This document shows positions 49,961-62,359 of a stretch of 64,000 nt of DNA, piece by piece (the first letter of the stretch is position 1; every line of letters begins with the position of its first letter). The notes below the pieces were generated by a model. That model was not told the origin of the DNA. It made no database searches and worked only from the letters and a program-made list of their open reading frames with translations. The DNA is from Squalus acanthias (Eukaryota). A program made the translations under genes and the position numbers. The stretch spans positions 28,832,001 through 28,896,000 of the forward strand of contig CM059433.1 in assembly GCA_030390025.1 (NCBI GenBank). The letters run 5' to 3'.

Positions 49961-50636
49961 ATGGGCACGGACAGAATGCCTCAGGGGGCTTTCCAATTGC
50001 ACTTGTTGGCTCCTCACAAAAACTTCTTCCTCATCTCAACTGTCCGTTCAGAACTCCCAAAGGAATACCCATCCTCGCCTCTCTGTAAGTTGCAATGTCA
50101 AAGCCTGCAGCAACCAGGAACAATAGAGAGAAGCATTGGTGGGCGAAATAACCCCTAACTGGAGACCTATCCAGAAAAAACAACAAATGCAGCGAAGGGT
50201 GCATAAAGATGTAAAAAAAAACTTACCATCGCAGTTTAAGAGGCTTCTTTGAGCAGGCAAGCTCCTAAACATCTGGATGGTTCATCCAGTTTCTATGGGC
50301 GAGTCTTGCTCTGTGGTCAGAACCTCGGCTGCAGAATTACTGGCACGACTATTCCATACTGTATTTAAATGAGGCCGCACAAAGCAGTGGCACGGCCTCA
50401 TTCTTTGGACTCAAATCTTATGTAACAAAATGGGGCACTGACTGAATTCGGTACAGGAGGCCACCTCTCCACTTTCATGAGCCTGGAACAGAACATGCGA
50501 GCCCTCAGCAGCAGCACAGGTCCTTACAAGATTTACCCATATACATATTTCAGCAACATCTTTACTGTTCACTGAATCGTAAGTGAGATCGCAGTCTTGC
50601 TTCATTTCTTGGTGACGGTAAACCATTAGCGGAGGC

Positions 50637-51555
50637 ATAGAATCATACAGCACAGAAGGAGGTCATTTGGCCCAGCGTGCCTGTACTGGCTCTTTGAAAG
50701 AAGTATCCAATCAGTCCCACTGCCCCCCCCCCCCCCCGCTCTTTCCCCACAGCCCTGCAGTTTTTTTTCCTTTTTAAGTACATATTCAATTCCCTTTCGA
50801 AAGTTATTATTGAATCTGGTTCCACCACCCTTTCAGTCAGTGCATTCCAGATCATAACAACTCGCTGTGTAAAAAAATGTATTCTCATCTGCCCTCTGGT
50901 TCTTTTGCCAATTACCTTAATTCTGTGTCCTCTGGTTACCAACCCTCCTACCAGTGGAAACAGTTTCTCCCTATTTACTCTATCAAAACCCCTCATAGTT
51001 TTGAAGACCTCAATTAAATCTCCCCTTAACTTTCTCTGCTCTAAGGAGAACAATCACAGCTTCTCCAGTCTCCCCACATAACCGAAGTCCCTCATTCCTG
51101 CTACCATTCTGGTAAATCTCCTCTGCACCCTCTCCTGGTGCCTAGAATTGGACATATTACTCCAGCTGGGGTCTAACCAGTGATTCATAAAGATTTAGCA
51201 TAACTTCCTTGCTTTTGTACTCTATGCCTCTACTTATAAAGCCAAGCATCCAATAAGATTTTTTAACAACAGAAAACGCTGGAAAAACTCAGCAGGCCAG
51301 GCAGCATCCGTGGAGAGAGAAAGAGAGTTGACGTTTCAGGTCGATGACCTTTCATCAGAATCTGATGAAAGGTCATCGACCTGAAACGTCAACTCTCTTT
51401 CTCTCTCCACGGATGCTGCCTGGCCTGCTGAGTTTTTCCAGCGTTTTCTGTTGTTATTTCGGATTTCCAGCATCCGCAGTATTTTGCTATTGTATTAAGA
51501 TTTTTTAACAGCCTTCTCAACTTGTCCTGCCACCGTAATGATTTGTGTATGTATG
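50637..51555 (-). mobile_element. CR1 3' fragment hosting the palindrome
   Basis: LEQRKLRGDLIEVFK..FFTQRVVMIWNAL. Confidence 0.85.
51264..51495. mobile_element. Young Penelope-type family B element: perfect 96-bp-arm palindrome with hammerhead cores on both strands, 15-bp TSD
   Basis: 51264-51359 is the exact reverse complement of 51361-51456; TAAGATTTTTTAACA at 51254 and 51496. Confidence 0.85.
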
Positions 51556-51939
51556 ACATCTATAACGTTAAAATGGTAAACGTTGTCTCAAAACTTATGG
51601 TGATTATCTATGACTTAGGACGTGGCAGTTCGAATGCTCTTCAGTACAGGGTCTATTAACACGCACTAGTTATCTACTGGAGATCACTTAGACAACTATT
51701 GATAAACATATGGCTGCCATTACTGGCACAATGCCTCAGATTTTGTGTGTTAAACTCTGTACTGAAATCACCATTATACACTATTTATTGGTGCTATACA
51801 TCCTACAACTGTGTCAATTAAATTAAGATGCTTTCCCTGCGTTTGTATTATCAATGTGCCCAAACATTGGTCCACTGGTTTGAGGTCGGTTAATGACTAT
51901 GGACCTACATCTGCTCCAGAAACAAATGTCCAGCTGTGA

Positions 51940-52322
51940 ACAACAACTTGCATTTATATAGTGCCTTTAACGTGGTAAAATGTCCAAAGGCACTTCACAG
52001 GAGCGTAATCAGACAAAATTTGACACCGAGCCAAAGAAGGAGATATTAGGACAGATTTGGTCAAATAGGTAGGTTTTAAGGAGCGTCTTAAAGGGGGAGA
52101 GAGAACTTGAGAGGTGGAGAGGTTTAGGAAGAGAATTACAGAGCGCAGCTCCTAGGCAGCTGAAGGTACGTCCGCCAATGTTGGAACAATGAAAATCGGG
52201 GATGCACGAGAGGCCAGAATTGGAGGAGCACAGAGATCTCGGAGGGTTGTAGGGCTGGAGGAGGTTACAGAGATAAGGAGGGGCGAGGCCATGGAGGGAT
52301 TTGAACACAAGGATGAGAATTT
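51940..52322 (-). mobile_element. L2 3' fragment
   Basis: ILILVFKSLHGLAPPYL..FKTLLKTYLFDQ. Confidence 0.8.
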
Positions 52323-52985
52323 CATATTTATTATATTGGAACAGATGCAAATTCCTAGTCAATAAGGAACTCAATCCACTCGACAATTCACAATAAGCCC
52401 CCGCAATAAAATATGAAATCAATCATTGAAAGGGATTCTGAGCAAAGGTTATTTCCAAATCAATCTTCAAATAGCAGTCAAGTTACGTCAGGTACATTGA
52501 AAGTAATGCGATGCTGATGGAGTGACGTGGCATGGCACATTTCCATCATTATTGTTTCAGCAACACTCGAAGCCAGGAATATCAGAAAAGAACAGGTGTT
52601 GCTAGGCAACACATAGCGCATCAGAAACTTTCAGCAGCCAGTTTAGTCCATGGAAGGACAATTGATGCAGTTTGTACATTTTTCCCGTTTTACAAGAGCA
52701 AGCAGAATTTTTCAGTTCTTCAAGGGTGTCTGCCCCTTTAAGTTGCTGGAGACATCCGATCCCATTCCCATCTCCTTCCTCTGGCCCCAATTGACGAGCC
52801 CCACCATCGGAAGCATGCAGAGAATACTTCAATTAAGCAGAACATGGATAATTCATTGGGCACCACAGGTCATGCCTATTCCCACAGCCCCGGTCTTCTG
52901 TTTTCAAACATGAGATTGTTTTTCGCCATTCAGTTAGATCACACCTGATCTGCACGTCAACCCCATTTACCCGCCTATACTCCAT

Positions 52986-53380
52986 GGGGGAAAAATTCGG
53001 ATGCTTTTAGGGCGCTAACGGGAGGCGCAAAACAACTAGTGCCCGAGCGCAGCGCCGTCAACGCCTCCTGCGAAATTCAGCGGGAGGTTAGCGACGGCGC
53101 TAACCGTTAGCGCCCCATGGCACTGCGCCGCCGGCGATGACGTCATCGCCGTGCGCAGCGCCCCGCTCGCGCCCCGGCCGCGATCTTCGGTAGCGCCCCC
53201 TGACTTACTGTCGGACAGTATGTTCAACGCGGTCAGGGGGGCCTACCTGCGGCCGGGGCGGCGCTATTTAAAGGCAAGGTGCCGGGCGGCCATTTTTGTT
53301 GCTGGCCGCCTGCCAGCACCTGCCTCCGCTCCCGTCCCTGGCCTCCTTACCTGTCCCCCCCCTCCTGAAAAACCTGGCCT
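52986..53380. mobile_element. GC-rich Harbinger MITE, left part
   Basis: GGGGGAAAAATTCGG end; body similar to 24613-25000. Confidence 0.7.
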
Positions 53381-53381
53381 A

Positions 53382-54880
53382 ATAACAACAACTACTTGTA
53401 TTTATATAGCGCCTTTAACAGAGTAAAATGTCCCAAGGTGCTTCACAGCAGCATGATAGAACAAAATTTGACACCGAGGTCACTTAAGGAGATATTAGGG
53501 CAGATGACCAAAAGCTTGGTCAAAGATGTAGGTTTTAAGGCGCAGCTTAAAGGAGGAAAGAGAGGTAGAGAGGCGGAGAGCTTTAGGGAGGGATTTCCAG
53601 AGCTTAGGGCCAAGGCAGCTGAAGGCATGGCCACCAATGGTGGAGTGATTGAAATCGGGGATGCTCAAGAGGCCAGAATTAGAGCAGCGCAGATATGTCG
53701 GAGGGTTGTGAGGCTGGAGGAGATTACTGAGATAGGGAGGGGCGAGGCCATGGCGGGATTTGAAAACAAGGATGAGAATTTTAAAATCAAGGATTTGCTT
53801 AACTGGGAGCCAATGTAGGTCAGCGAGCACAGGGGTGATGGGTGAACGGGTCTTGGTGCGAGTTAGGACACGGGTAGCAGAGCTTTGGATGATCTCAAGC
53901 TTACGGAAGATAGAACGTAGGAGGCCGGCCAGCAGTGTGTTGGAATAGTCAAGTCTAGAGGTAACAAAGGCATGTATGAGGGTTTCAGCAGCAGATGAAC
54001 TGAGGTAGAGGCGAAGTCGGGCAATGTTCAGGAGGTGGAAATAGGCGGCCTTAGTATTGGCATGGATATGTGGTCGGTAGCTTATCTTGGGGTCAAATAT
54101 TACACCAAGGTTGCGAACAGTCTGGTTCAGCCTCAGACAGTTGCCAGGGAGAGGGATGGAGTCGTTGGCTAGGGAACGGAGTTTGTGGTGGGGACCGAAG
54201 ACAATGGCTTCAATCTTCCCAATATTTAGTTGGAGGAAATTTATGCTCATCCAGTACTGGATGTCGGACAAGCAGTCTGACAGTTTAGAGTCAGTGGAGG
54301 GTCGAGAGAAGTGGTGGTGAGGTAGAGCTGGGTGTCGTCAGCAGTAAATGTGGAAACTGACGCTGTGTTTTCAGATGATGTCGCCGAGGGGCAGGATGGG
54401 GCCAAGGAAAAATCCCTGGGGGTCACCAGAGGCAACGGTGTGGGAGCGGGAAGAGAAGCCATTGCAGGTGATTCTCTGGCTACGATTAGATAGATAAGAA
54501 TGGAACCAGGCGAGTGCAGTCCCACCCAGCTGGACGATGGTGGAGAGGCGTTGGAGGAGATGGTGTGGTCAACCGTGTCAAAGGTTGCAGACAGGTTGAG
54601 AAGGACGAGGAGGGATAGTTTATCTTCGTCACAGTCACATACGATGTCATTTGTGACTTTGATGAGAGCCGTTTCGGTACGGTGGCTGGGGCGGAAACCT
54701 GATTGGAGGGATTCAAACATGGAGTTCCGGGAAAGACGGGCACGGATTTGGGAGGCGACAACACGTTCAAGGACTTTGGAGAGGAAAGGGAGGTTGGAGA
54801 TGGGGCGGTAGTTTGCAGGACGGAGGGCTCGAGGGTGTTTTTTTAGGAGAGGGGTGATGACGGCAGATTTGAGAGGGGTG
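53382..54880 (-). mobile_element. L2 LINE (RT to 3' tail)
   Basis: QSGFRPSHRTETALIKV, LSATFDTVDH, ADDTQLY, TSRLDYSN, LHWLPV. Confidence 0.88.
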
Positions 54881-55701
54881 ATGATGACGGATTGTGCCCC
54901 CTTATTCTGGATGGCAGATTTTGCCCCCTTGTTCTGGACTCCCCCACCAGAGGAAATAGTTTCTCTTTATCTACCCTATCAAATCATTTTATCATTTTAA
55001 ACACCTAAATAAACTATTTTAAATACCACCACCAAAGTAGTGCAGTGGGAAATGCTGGAGAAACTTATTAATTGTTCGTACGTTAGTGTGTCATCTTAGT
55101 GAATAACGCACTCCCAAAAAACAGGCAGATTTTGCATTCCTTTCTGGTTTCCTTCTGCAGATATTATGGTGTATTTTCCCACATTACAACAGTGAGTACA
55201 CTTCGAAAAGTGCTTCACTGGCTAAAAAGTGCTTTGGGACACCCTGAGGTCAGGGAAGGCGCTATAGAAATGCAAGTCTTTCTTTCTTCTTGCAAAGCCC
55301 CAAGCTGCCAGTGCAAATGCAACTATTTTGATGGACCGATAAGGGTGACACCGAGTTGCCCCAGTGTCACCTAACAAGAATCAGCACAACAAGTGCCCCT
55401 TTTAAGGGCATCACTAATAGAATAAGCACACATATGGTCCAATCAAACTAAAAGATGGCAGAATGGGCAACAAGAGTCCCAACAAAAGCAAAAGGAACCT
55501 GACCCACTAAATCACACACATCGCGCAGCGCCTCCCTAGAACTGGGAATTAATGTGGTGCAGGTTCACAATATAACTTATCAAAGTGTCCCCTTTATAGG
55601 GAGGTGAAATGCAAATTACTGCAACAGTACACATACGGGAAAACATCAGGTCAGTCAACATCTACAGGAAGAGCAGGCAACATTTCTTCAGAAGGGGTTG
55701 A

Positions 55702-55788
55702 GGTATCTGATCCTTTGTTCACCCAACAGGGATATCTGATGCTTTGCTCATCCATGTGGGGTATCTGATGATATGTTCGCCCATTTGA
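55702..55788. repeat. Degenerate 29-bp tandem repeat x3
   Basis: GRTATCTGAT at 55702, 55731 and 55760. Confidence 0.7.
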
Positions 55789-56943
55789 GGTTGGGCTATC
55801 ATACTTTAATTACCATTCAGGTGAGGGCTGGGATATTTTTAATTTTTTGGAATGTGGGCAAGGCTGGCATTTATGCCCATCCCTAGTTGGCATGCTTATT
55901 ACATGCTGAAAGCGCAGAAATTGCCATGTTCTCAGGTTGTAATATGTTCTCTCTTTACGTAATGTGTAATGTTTTACATTAAGTAAGTAAAACAAAAATA
56001 ATAATAAATATATAAGCTTAATTGCAGAATAAATACTTCTGTTGTGTTACAGGGGATCCGTGGAATTTTTATAACACAGGAGGGGGGCCTCAGAAGCAAA
56101 AAGGTTGAGAAGCGCTGGGCGAGTGCATTGACCATTATCTGATGTGTGCTGATTGCATGTGAGGGCCCACCTTTGGCACAGAGCCTCATAAAATTACCTC
56201 CTGTATGTATCCACTCAGGCTCGATTTGTTTGTGTCGACTCGACTGCTGCATCCCGTGGCATGAGTGAGGGTCCCACTCCTGTTAGTCCCAAGTTCCTGT
56301 AGATTGAGGCTCGGGAATCCTGCGCTGCTTTGCTTTGTAAATTCTCATGGTATTCCTTAAACCAGTAGACCCCCCTCCAGACCACAGAATGCACTTTCAA
56401 TGAGTGGGGAGTCGGCAGGAAGGAATCTCAATCAGAAAGCACCCAGAGCATATTTAGGGTCAATTTATTAACATTTTCCGAGTGGCACTAGGAGATACTT
56501 ACCTCTGTATGGCATTTTTTATGTGGAAGTAAAGCTTGATTAAAAGTTAAATAGTGAGTTTTGAGGTCTTTATGAGAAACTACAAATTAACGGAGCCTGT
56601 ACTGTACAGTTATAAAATTATTCAGTTATACTGAATTGAGAAAGATAGTGAATGTAGGCATTAATGTTGAGCTAAAATCAATCAGTCATACTGATGGATT
56701 GAGTAGAACGTGAGTAAGAGCCAGTGCTTACCGTTAATGCTGGCAGAAGCCTCTTAATGGAAACACCCAACTGGCAAGGAAAGCAATCCCTTAATCCAAG
56801 CATTACTGTAAAGAATCTGTCCATTTCCCACACCAATCACTCTCTAATCTGCACTTCTGTGCTCACATGTAACTGGTGCTGCTTGACTGGGTTGTACAGG
56901 TCACTGCGAGTGCCACTGCTGCATTCACATGCACCGCATTCTA

Positions 56944-57298
56944 CTCTACACACCTGTACGGTCATTGCTCTACACACCTGTACGGTCATTGCTCTACACA
57001 CCTGTACGGTCATTGCTCTACACACCTGTACGGTCATTGCTCTACGCACCTCTACGGTCATTGCTCTACGCACCTGTACGGTCATTGCTCTACACACCTG
57101 TACGGTATTGCTTTACACACCTGTACGGTCATTGCTCTACACACCTGTATGGTCATTGCTCTACACACCTGTGAAAGTTGCTGCTGTTTGTGCATGTGCA
57201 GTCATTGCTGCACACACCTGTACAGTCATTGCTCTACGCACCTGTACAGTCATTGCTGTACATACCTGTGAAGGTTGCTGCTGTTTGTGCATGTGCAG
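56944..57298. repeat. 24-bp minisatellite (CTCTACACACCTGTACGGTCATTG)n with a 97-bp higher-order duplication at the right end
   Basis: Direct tandem units; GTGAA.GTTGCTGCTGTTTGTGCATGTGCAG at 57171 and 57268. Confidence 0.9.
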
Positions 57299-58384
57299 GT
57301 GTTTTCTTAAATGTCAGATTGATATGTTTTATACCCCAACAATTTCTCCAATTGCTGGGGGAGGTGGGGGTGTTGGTAGGGGACGGGGGCTGGGGGGGGA
57401 GCCTGGAAGGAGAGTGGGATGGTGGGGTGATGAGGTCTATCCCAGGGTAAGTGATAGAAAAAGTGTCATCACTGTATTGGATAATTTCAGTTCTCCAAAC
57501 CCGGAGCCACACTCGAAAGGAGCACAGTTTAAAGATAGGGCTACAGCAATATTGTACTAATTCTCTGACCTTTGCTCCCATTGAGGAAACACTCCCCCCC
57601 GGGAATGCAGAATTAGTGAATTTACCCACAAATATCTCCATAGAGGATGAGCAGGAGGGCTTTCGTCAGTCACCCTGGATGTGGCTATGTTTTTTATGCT
57701 GTCTCTTTTTCCCTCCATGCTATTAAAACCATCCTGTATTATAAATGGAAACTGAAAATCCAAATATACATAACCACTTTTTTGATGGAGTTCTGTCCGA
57801 TAAATGAGCTATTTAGGAAGTAACACAATCTGAGGGTGCATCCTCATTATTACAGTTTATGATGCTATCATCTGATATTCATAATTGTGTTATCGTCTTG
57901 TGACTCATACCTATCTAGTATTTCATGCAGCTATCAGCCTAACCACATCTACCAACTTATGTTCTGTTTCATTGTTTTTCATCTCAAAAGACAGTTTCAA
58001 ATTTCATGGATCAATGGGAAATGCATTCCTTTCATGTCGCCAAGTGTGAAGCATTGCCTCTCTTATATTCAGTCTTCCTTAAGTGTCATTGAGTATTTGT
58101 AAAGCCTCAGGTTCATGTCAAGTTCACAGGGGGAGGTGCTGAGTGGAGATGCTGCTCCACAGAGAGGGGGAGGAGGGGGTGTGGGGTGGGGGCAAATCAG
58201 ACACTTTAGCCCACGCTGTCCTTTGGTTGTGCCCCTTTAAAAAGGCGGCACTTGTGATCTCTTAATGATGACACGGTCATCCTAATTGAAATGAACATGA
58301 AAGAGTTAACCCACGCTGTTCTCCTTGAATCTGGTAGTCGCTGGTTACGGAATGGCATAAGCTTGAACCTAGCACCAGGGCATC

Positions 58385-58715
58385 TACAGAGACCAGAGAA
58401 GCTGGGATTGCGCTCCTTCGAGCAGAGAAGTGCAGGTGAGATCTGATAGAGGGGTTCAAGATTATGAAGGGTTTTAATAGAGTAGATAGGGAGAAACTGA
58501 TTCCACTGGCAGGGCGGTCAGTAACCAGAGGACACAGATTAAGGTAATTGTCAAAAGAACCCGAAGGGAGATGGGGAAACATTTTTACATTTTTTAATTC
58601 AGCGTGTTGTTATGATCTGGAATGCACTGCCTGAAAGGGCGGTGGAAGCAGATTCAATAGTAACATTCAAAAAGGAATTGGATAAATACTTCAAAAGGAA
58701 AAGTAATGCAGGGCT
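58385..58715 (+). mobile_element. CR1 3' fragment
   Basis: MIWNALPERAVEADSIVTFKKELDKYF. Confidence 0.75.
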
Positions 58716-58984
58716 ATTCGTTAGAACACCAAAATCACCTCAGAAGTTGATGTCAGCAACTGTTGAAATTCTTTTGTTGCTGTTTACTTTATGAAACTAC
58801 CAGAAAGCACAATGTTCTTCACTAAATCTGAACTTGCTGTAAATGCATGGCAGGGCAGTTTGATTAGCATTCGAGAGAGAAATTTAGTTTCATGTTCTTG
58901 AGTGTCCCAAACGGAATGATCATATGGGATATCGGGACATTTCCCAAGTGCCCTGGAAATGGTTCTATAGCAGCTTATTCTCGG

Positions 58985-59392
58985 TTACATAGAATTAACA
59001 GCACAAAAACAGGCCATTCGGCCCAATTGGTCTATGCTGGTGTTTATGCTCCACGACCTCCTCCACAGCCTCCTCCCACCCTACTTCACCTAACCCTATC
59101 AGCATATCCTTTTTCCCTCATGTGTTTATCTAGCTTCTCTTAAATGCATCTATACTATTCGCATCAAATACTCCTTATGGTAGTGAGTTCCATATTTTAA
59201 CTGGGTAAAGAAGATTCTTCTGAATTCTCTACTGGATTTATTAGTGACCATCTTATATGGTATATCTAAGTTGGCTGATGACACTAAGTTATGTAGCATA
59301 ATAAATAGTGTAGGTGAGAGTTGAAAGTTGCAAAGGGACATTGATAGATTAGGTGAGTGGGCAAAATTGTGGCAGATGCAGTTTAAAGTGAG
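58985..59392. mobile_element. Second copy of the chimeric CR1(-)/CR1(+) junction
   Basis: ATCTTATATGGTATATCTAAGTT junction identical to ~29360. Confidence 0.75.
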
Positions 59393-59509
59393 GGGTGTGA
59401 CCAAGCTGTAGGCTAGAGAAAACTGGAGCAACTAAGCCATGCTAGCAGGGGGGGGGGGGGGTTGGGGGGTGGGGGGGGGGGGGGGGGGGGGGGGAGAGGG
59501 GCTGGGGGG

Positions 59510-59662
59510 CAATGTTCCCTTTAAGCTGCGCTCCAGGGGTCCCACGCAGCCGGTGAGCCAGCTTTTAAGTTGGAAAAAACCCCGCATGCGCGGACTTTTG
59601 AATGGGCTGCGCAGCCCGTTAAAGGGGTCGCACGGCCCAAAAAAAAGTGATGGGAAACATTG
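59510..59662. mobile_element. hAT-type MITE in a G-rich tract
   Basis: TIRs CAATGTTCCC / GGGAAACATTG; 8-bp flanks CTGGGGGG / GTGGGGGG. Confidence 0.7.
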
Positions 59663-60964
59663 GTGGGGGGTGAACTTCCTGAAGTTACAGCGTTGGAACA
59701 AGAGAAGTCCTGAGGAAAGAGTTCTACAGGTCACTTCAGGGTAGTTGTGGATATAACAATAAAACCCATCAGATCAGTGCTTGGTTAGTGCAAAAAGGGA
59801 CACAGATAAGATACTTAATAGCCAAGGGTATGAAAGGATACGGAACCAAGGCAGATGGACGGATTAGGTCACAGATCAGCCATGATCTCATTAAATGGCG
59901 GAACAGGCTCGAGGGGCTAAATGGCCTCCTCCTGTTCCTATATTCCTATGTTCTTATGTTAATTTAATTATCAAATGAGCAGAATACAAATCAAGAGTGT
60001 TTTGTTATTGTATAAGGCATTTATATGATCCTACTTGGAATACTTTGTGGACTTTTGGTTAGATAACCATAGGAAGAACATTATTGCCTTTGAGAAGGTA
60101 CAGAGGCAAGCAGCGATGATGATTTAGGATATTGAAAATGCAAGGAACGGTTAAGACAGCAGGCATTTATTTTTCTTTGGGGGGGCAAAAGGGAGACTTC
60201 AAGATGTTCTAATCAAAGTTTTCGAGATTACGCAGGAGATTTACAAAACTGAACCAAGCAGATTGCTTATAGCAGTTGAAAAGAGTCAAATACCAAAAGA
60301 CACACGTTAAAAATTAAAATTAAATAAAAGAGAGTTTGTGGACTTTTTTCACCCAAAGTCAATTAATGTGTGGAATAAGATAGATGGGAAAGTTATTGAA
60401 ATGGGTAGTTTAAATGCGTTCAAGAGAAATTTAGATGAATTTCTGGAGAGAAAGGGAATAAGGGATTATAATAACATAATTATTATCATGTTTACCATGA
60501 AATTTGGGGAGCAATTTATACTGTATCATATGGAGATGCCTCAAGTGGCTTCACAGAATAAATTATTTTTGAAGTGAAGGCACTCCGTGTCAGCAACATC
60601 CCATAAATAGCTAATGAAATAAATAAGTAACTAGTTAATCATTTATGTGGAGAGACTAGAGAAACTGGGGTTGTTCTCCTTAGAGCAGAGAAGTTTAAAG
60701 GAAGATTTGATAGAGGTGTTCAAAATCATGAGGGGTTTTGATATAGTAAATGAAAAGAAACTGTGGCTGCTTGATGGGTCCTTGGCATTCAGTTTGCTAA
60801 GGTTGGTAGATGGTAGATGGTGGTGGGGGAGCTGAAAGGTCAGTTCAGAGAGGGGCCAATGCAATCAGTCTTAAGAGTACTGTCTTGCGTAGGCCCCAGG
60901 AGCAGCCTCCAGAATTTTGCTCAATTTTTTAGGCAGCTCGGTGACTGACTTTTCCTCCTATCGT

Positions 60965-61413
60965 AAAGAAAGACTTGTATTTATAGCACCTTTCACGACC
61001 TCAGGATGTCCCAAAGCACTTTACAACCAATTAAGTACTTGTGAAGTGTAGTTACCGTTGTAATGCAGGAAACACAGCAGCCAATTTACTCACAGCAAGA
61101 TCCCACAAACTGCAATGTGATAATGAGCAGATTAGTGGTGTTGGTTGAGGGATAAATATTGGCCAGGACACCAGGGAGAACTTCCCTACTCTTCTTCGAA
61201 ATAGTGCCGTGGGATCTTATACGTTCACCTGAGAGGGCAGACAAGGCCTCAATTTAACATCCCATCTGAAAGATGGCACCTCTAACAGTGCAGCGCTCCC
61301 TCAGTACTGCACTGGAGTGTCAGCCTGGATTTTGGGCTCAAGTCTCTGGAGTGGGACTTGTACCCACACCCTTCTGACTCAGAGAGTGCTACCCACTGAG
61401 CCACAGTTAACAC
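60965..61413 (-). mobile_element. Full-length Deu-domain SINE
   Basis: Head, core and tail as in other copies. Confidence 0.85.
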
Positions 61414-62359
61414 TTTGTGATCTAATGCAGTAAGTCTTCACCCCCGTGTATAATGCAACTCCCTGGTAGTGGCTGGGGATCCCATCTCCCACATACTAGT
61501 GACCCTGGTGCTGGAAATTTGGCCAGGGTCAGAGGAACATCTTTGAGGCAGGAGGAGCCCCACTGGAGATAACCCCACATCAGAAAATCCAGGCCGCTGT
61601 GGTGTTCTAAATTCTAGGAATCTAGTGAGTAGCAGCAATATACCAAAGTTGCTGCATATGCCTGTTGTAGTCTGGCCTTTCTAACTCTATGATAGTCTAT
61701 TTGGGCACTGACATAGCTTAAAATACTTAAATACACAGAATTAAAATAAGATGTTCAAGTATTCAAAGCCTAACTTGTTGATTAATATTATATCTTAGAG
61801 TTGTACAGTCATATTTTTATATAACAAAGATTTTGCCAATTATCTTAAATCTGTGTCCTCTGGTTACTGACCGTCCTGCCAGTGAAAAAAGTCTCTCTTT
61901 ATTTACTCTATCAAAACCCTTCTTAATTCTGAACACCTCTACTTAATCTCCCCTTAGCCTTCTCTACTCTCAGGAGAACAATCCCAGCTTCTCCAGTCTC
62001 TCCACATAGCTGAAGTCGCTCAACCCTGGTACCATTCCAGTTAAATCTCCTCTGCACCCTCTCCAAGAAATATTTTTATTTCAAGTAGTTTTAGACAGAC
62101 AGTACCCCAATTTAAATCACTCCCCTCTTCTCCCTCCCCTGAGGATTAAAAATTTGTCTCCCAGGATAAAATTAAGAGCAAGAATTGTAAAGTGATACAA
62201 CAATAATGCAAAGGAGAAATATGGGGCAAATGATCTGCGATGCAGTCCATGCTCCAAGTATTGGTGATGTTACAGTGAGGGCAAGTGACCTGGAGCAGCA
62301 CTGCATCCCGCTAAATTTCTATACCTTCCACATCGAGCACAATTTGTTTTCCCGAGTAA

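Larger units (their letters stand above)
48190..50350. mobile_element. Fossil autonomous PIF/Harbinger transposon (ends approximate)
   Basis: Plus-strand Myb/SANT-like remnant and convergent minus-strand DDE transposase remnant. Confidence 0.7.

Noticed and set aside
56724..57560. 278-aa Cys/His-rich ORF, or a CRISPR-like array
   Set aside because: Translation of a tandem minisatellite; no unique spacers; eukaryotic context.
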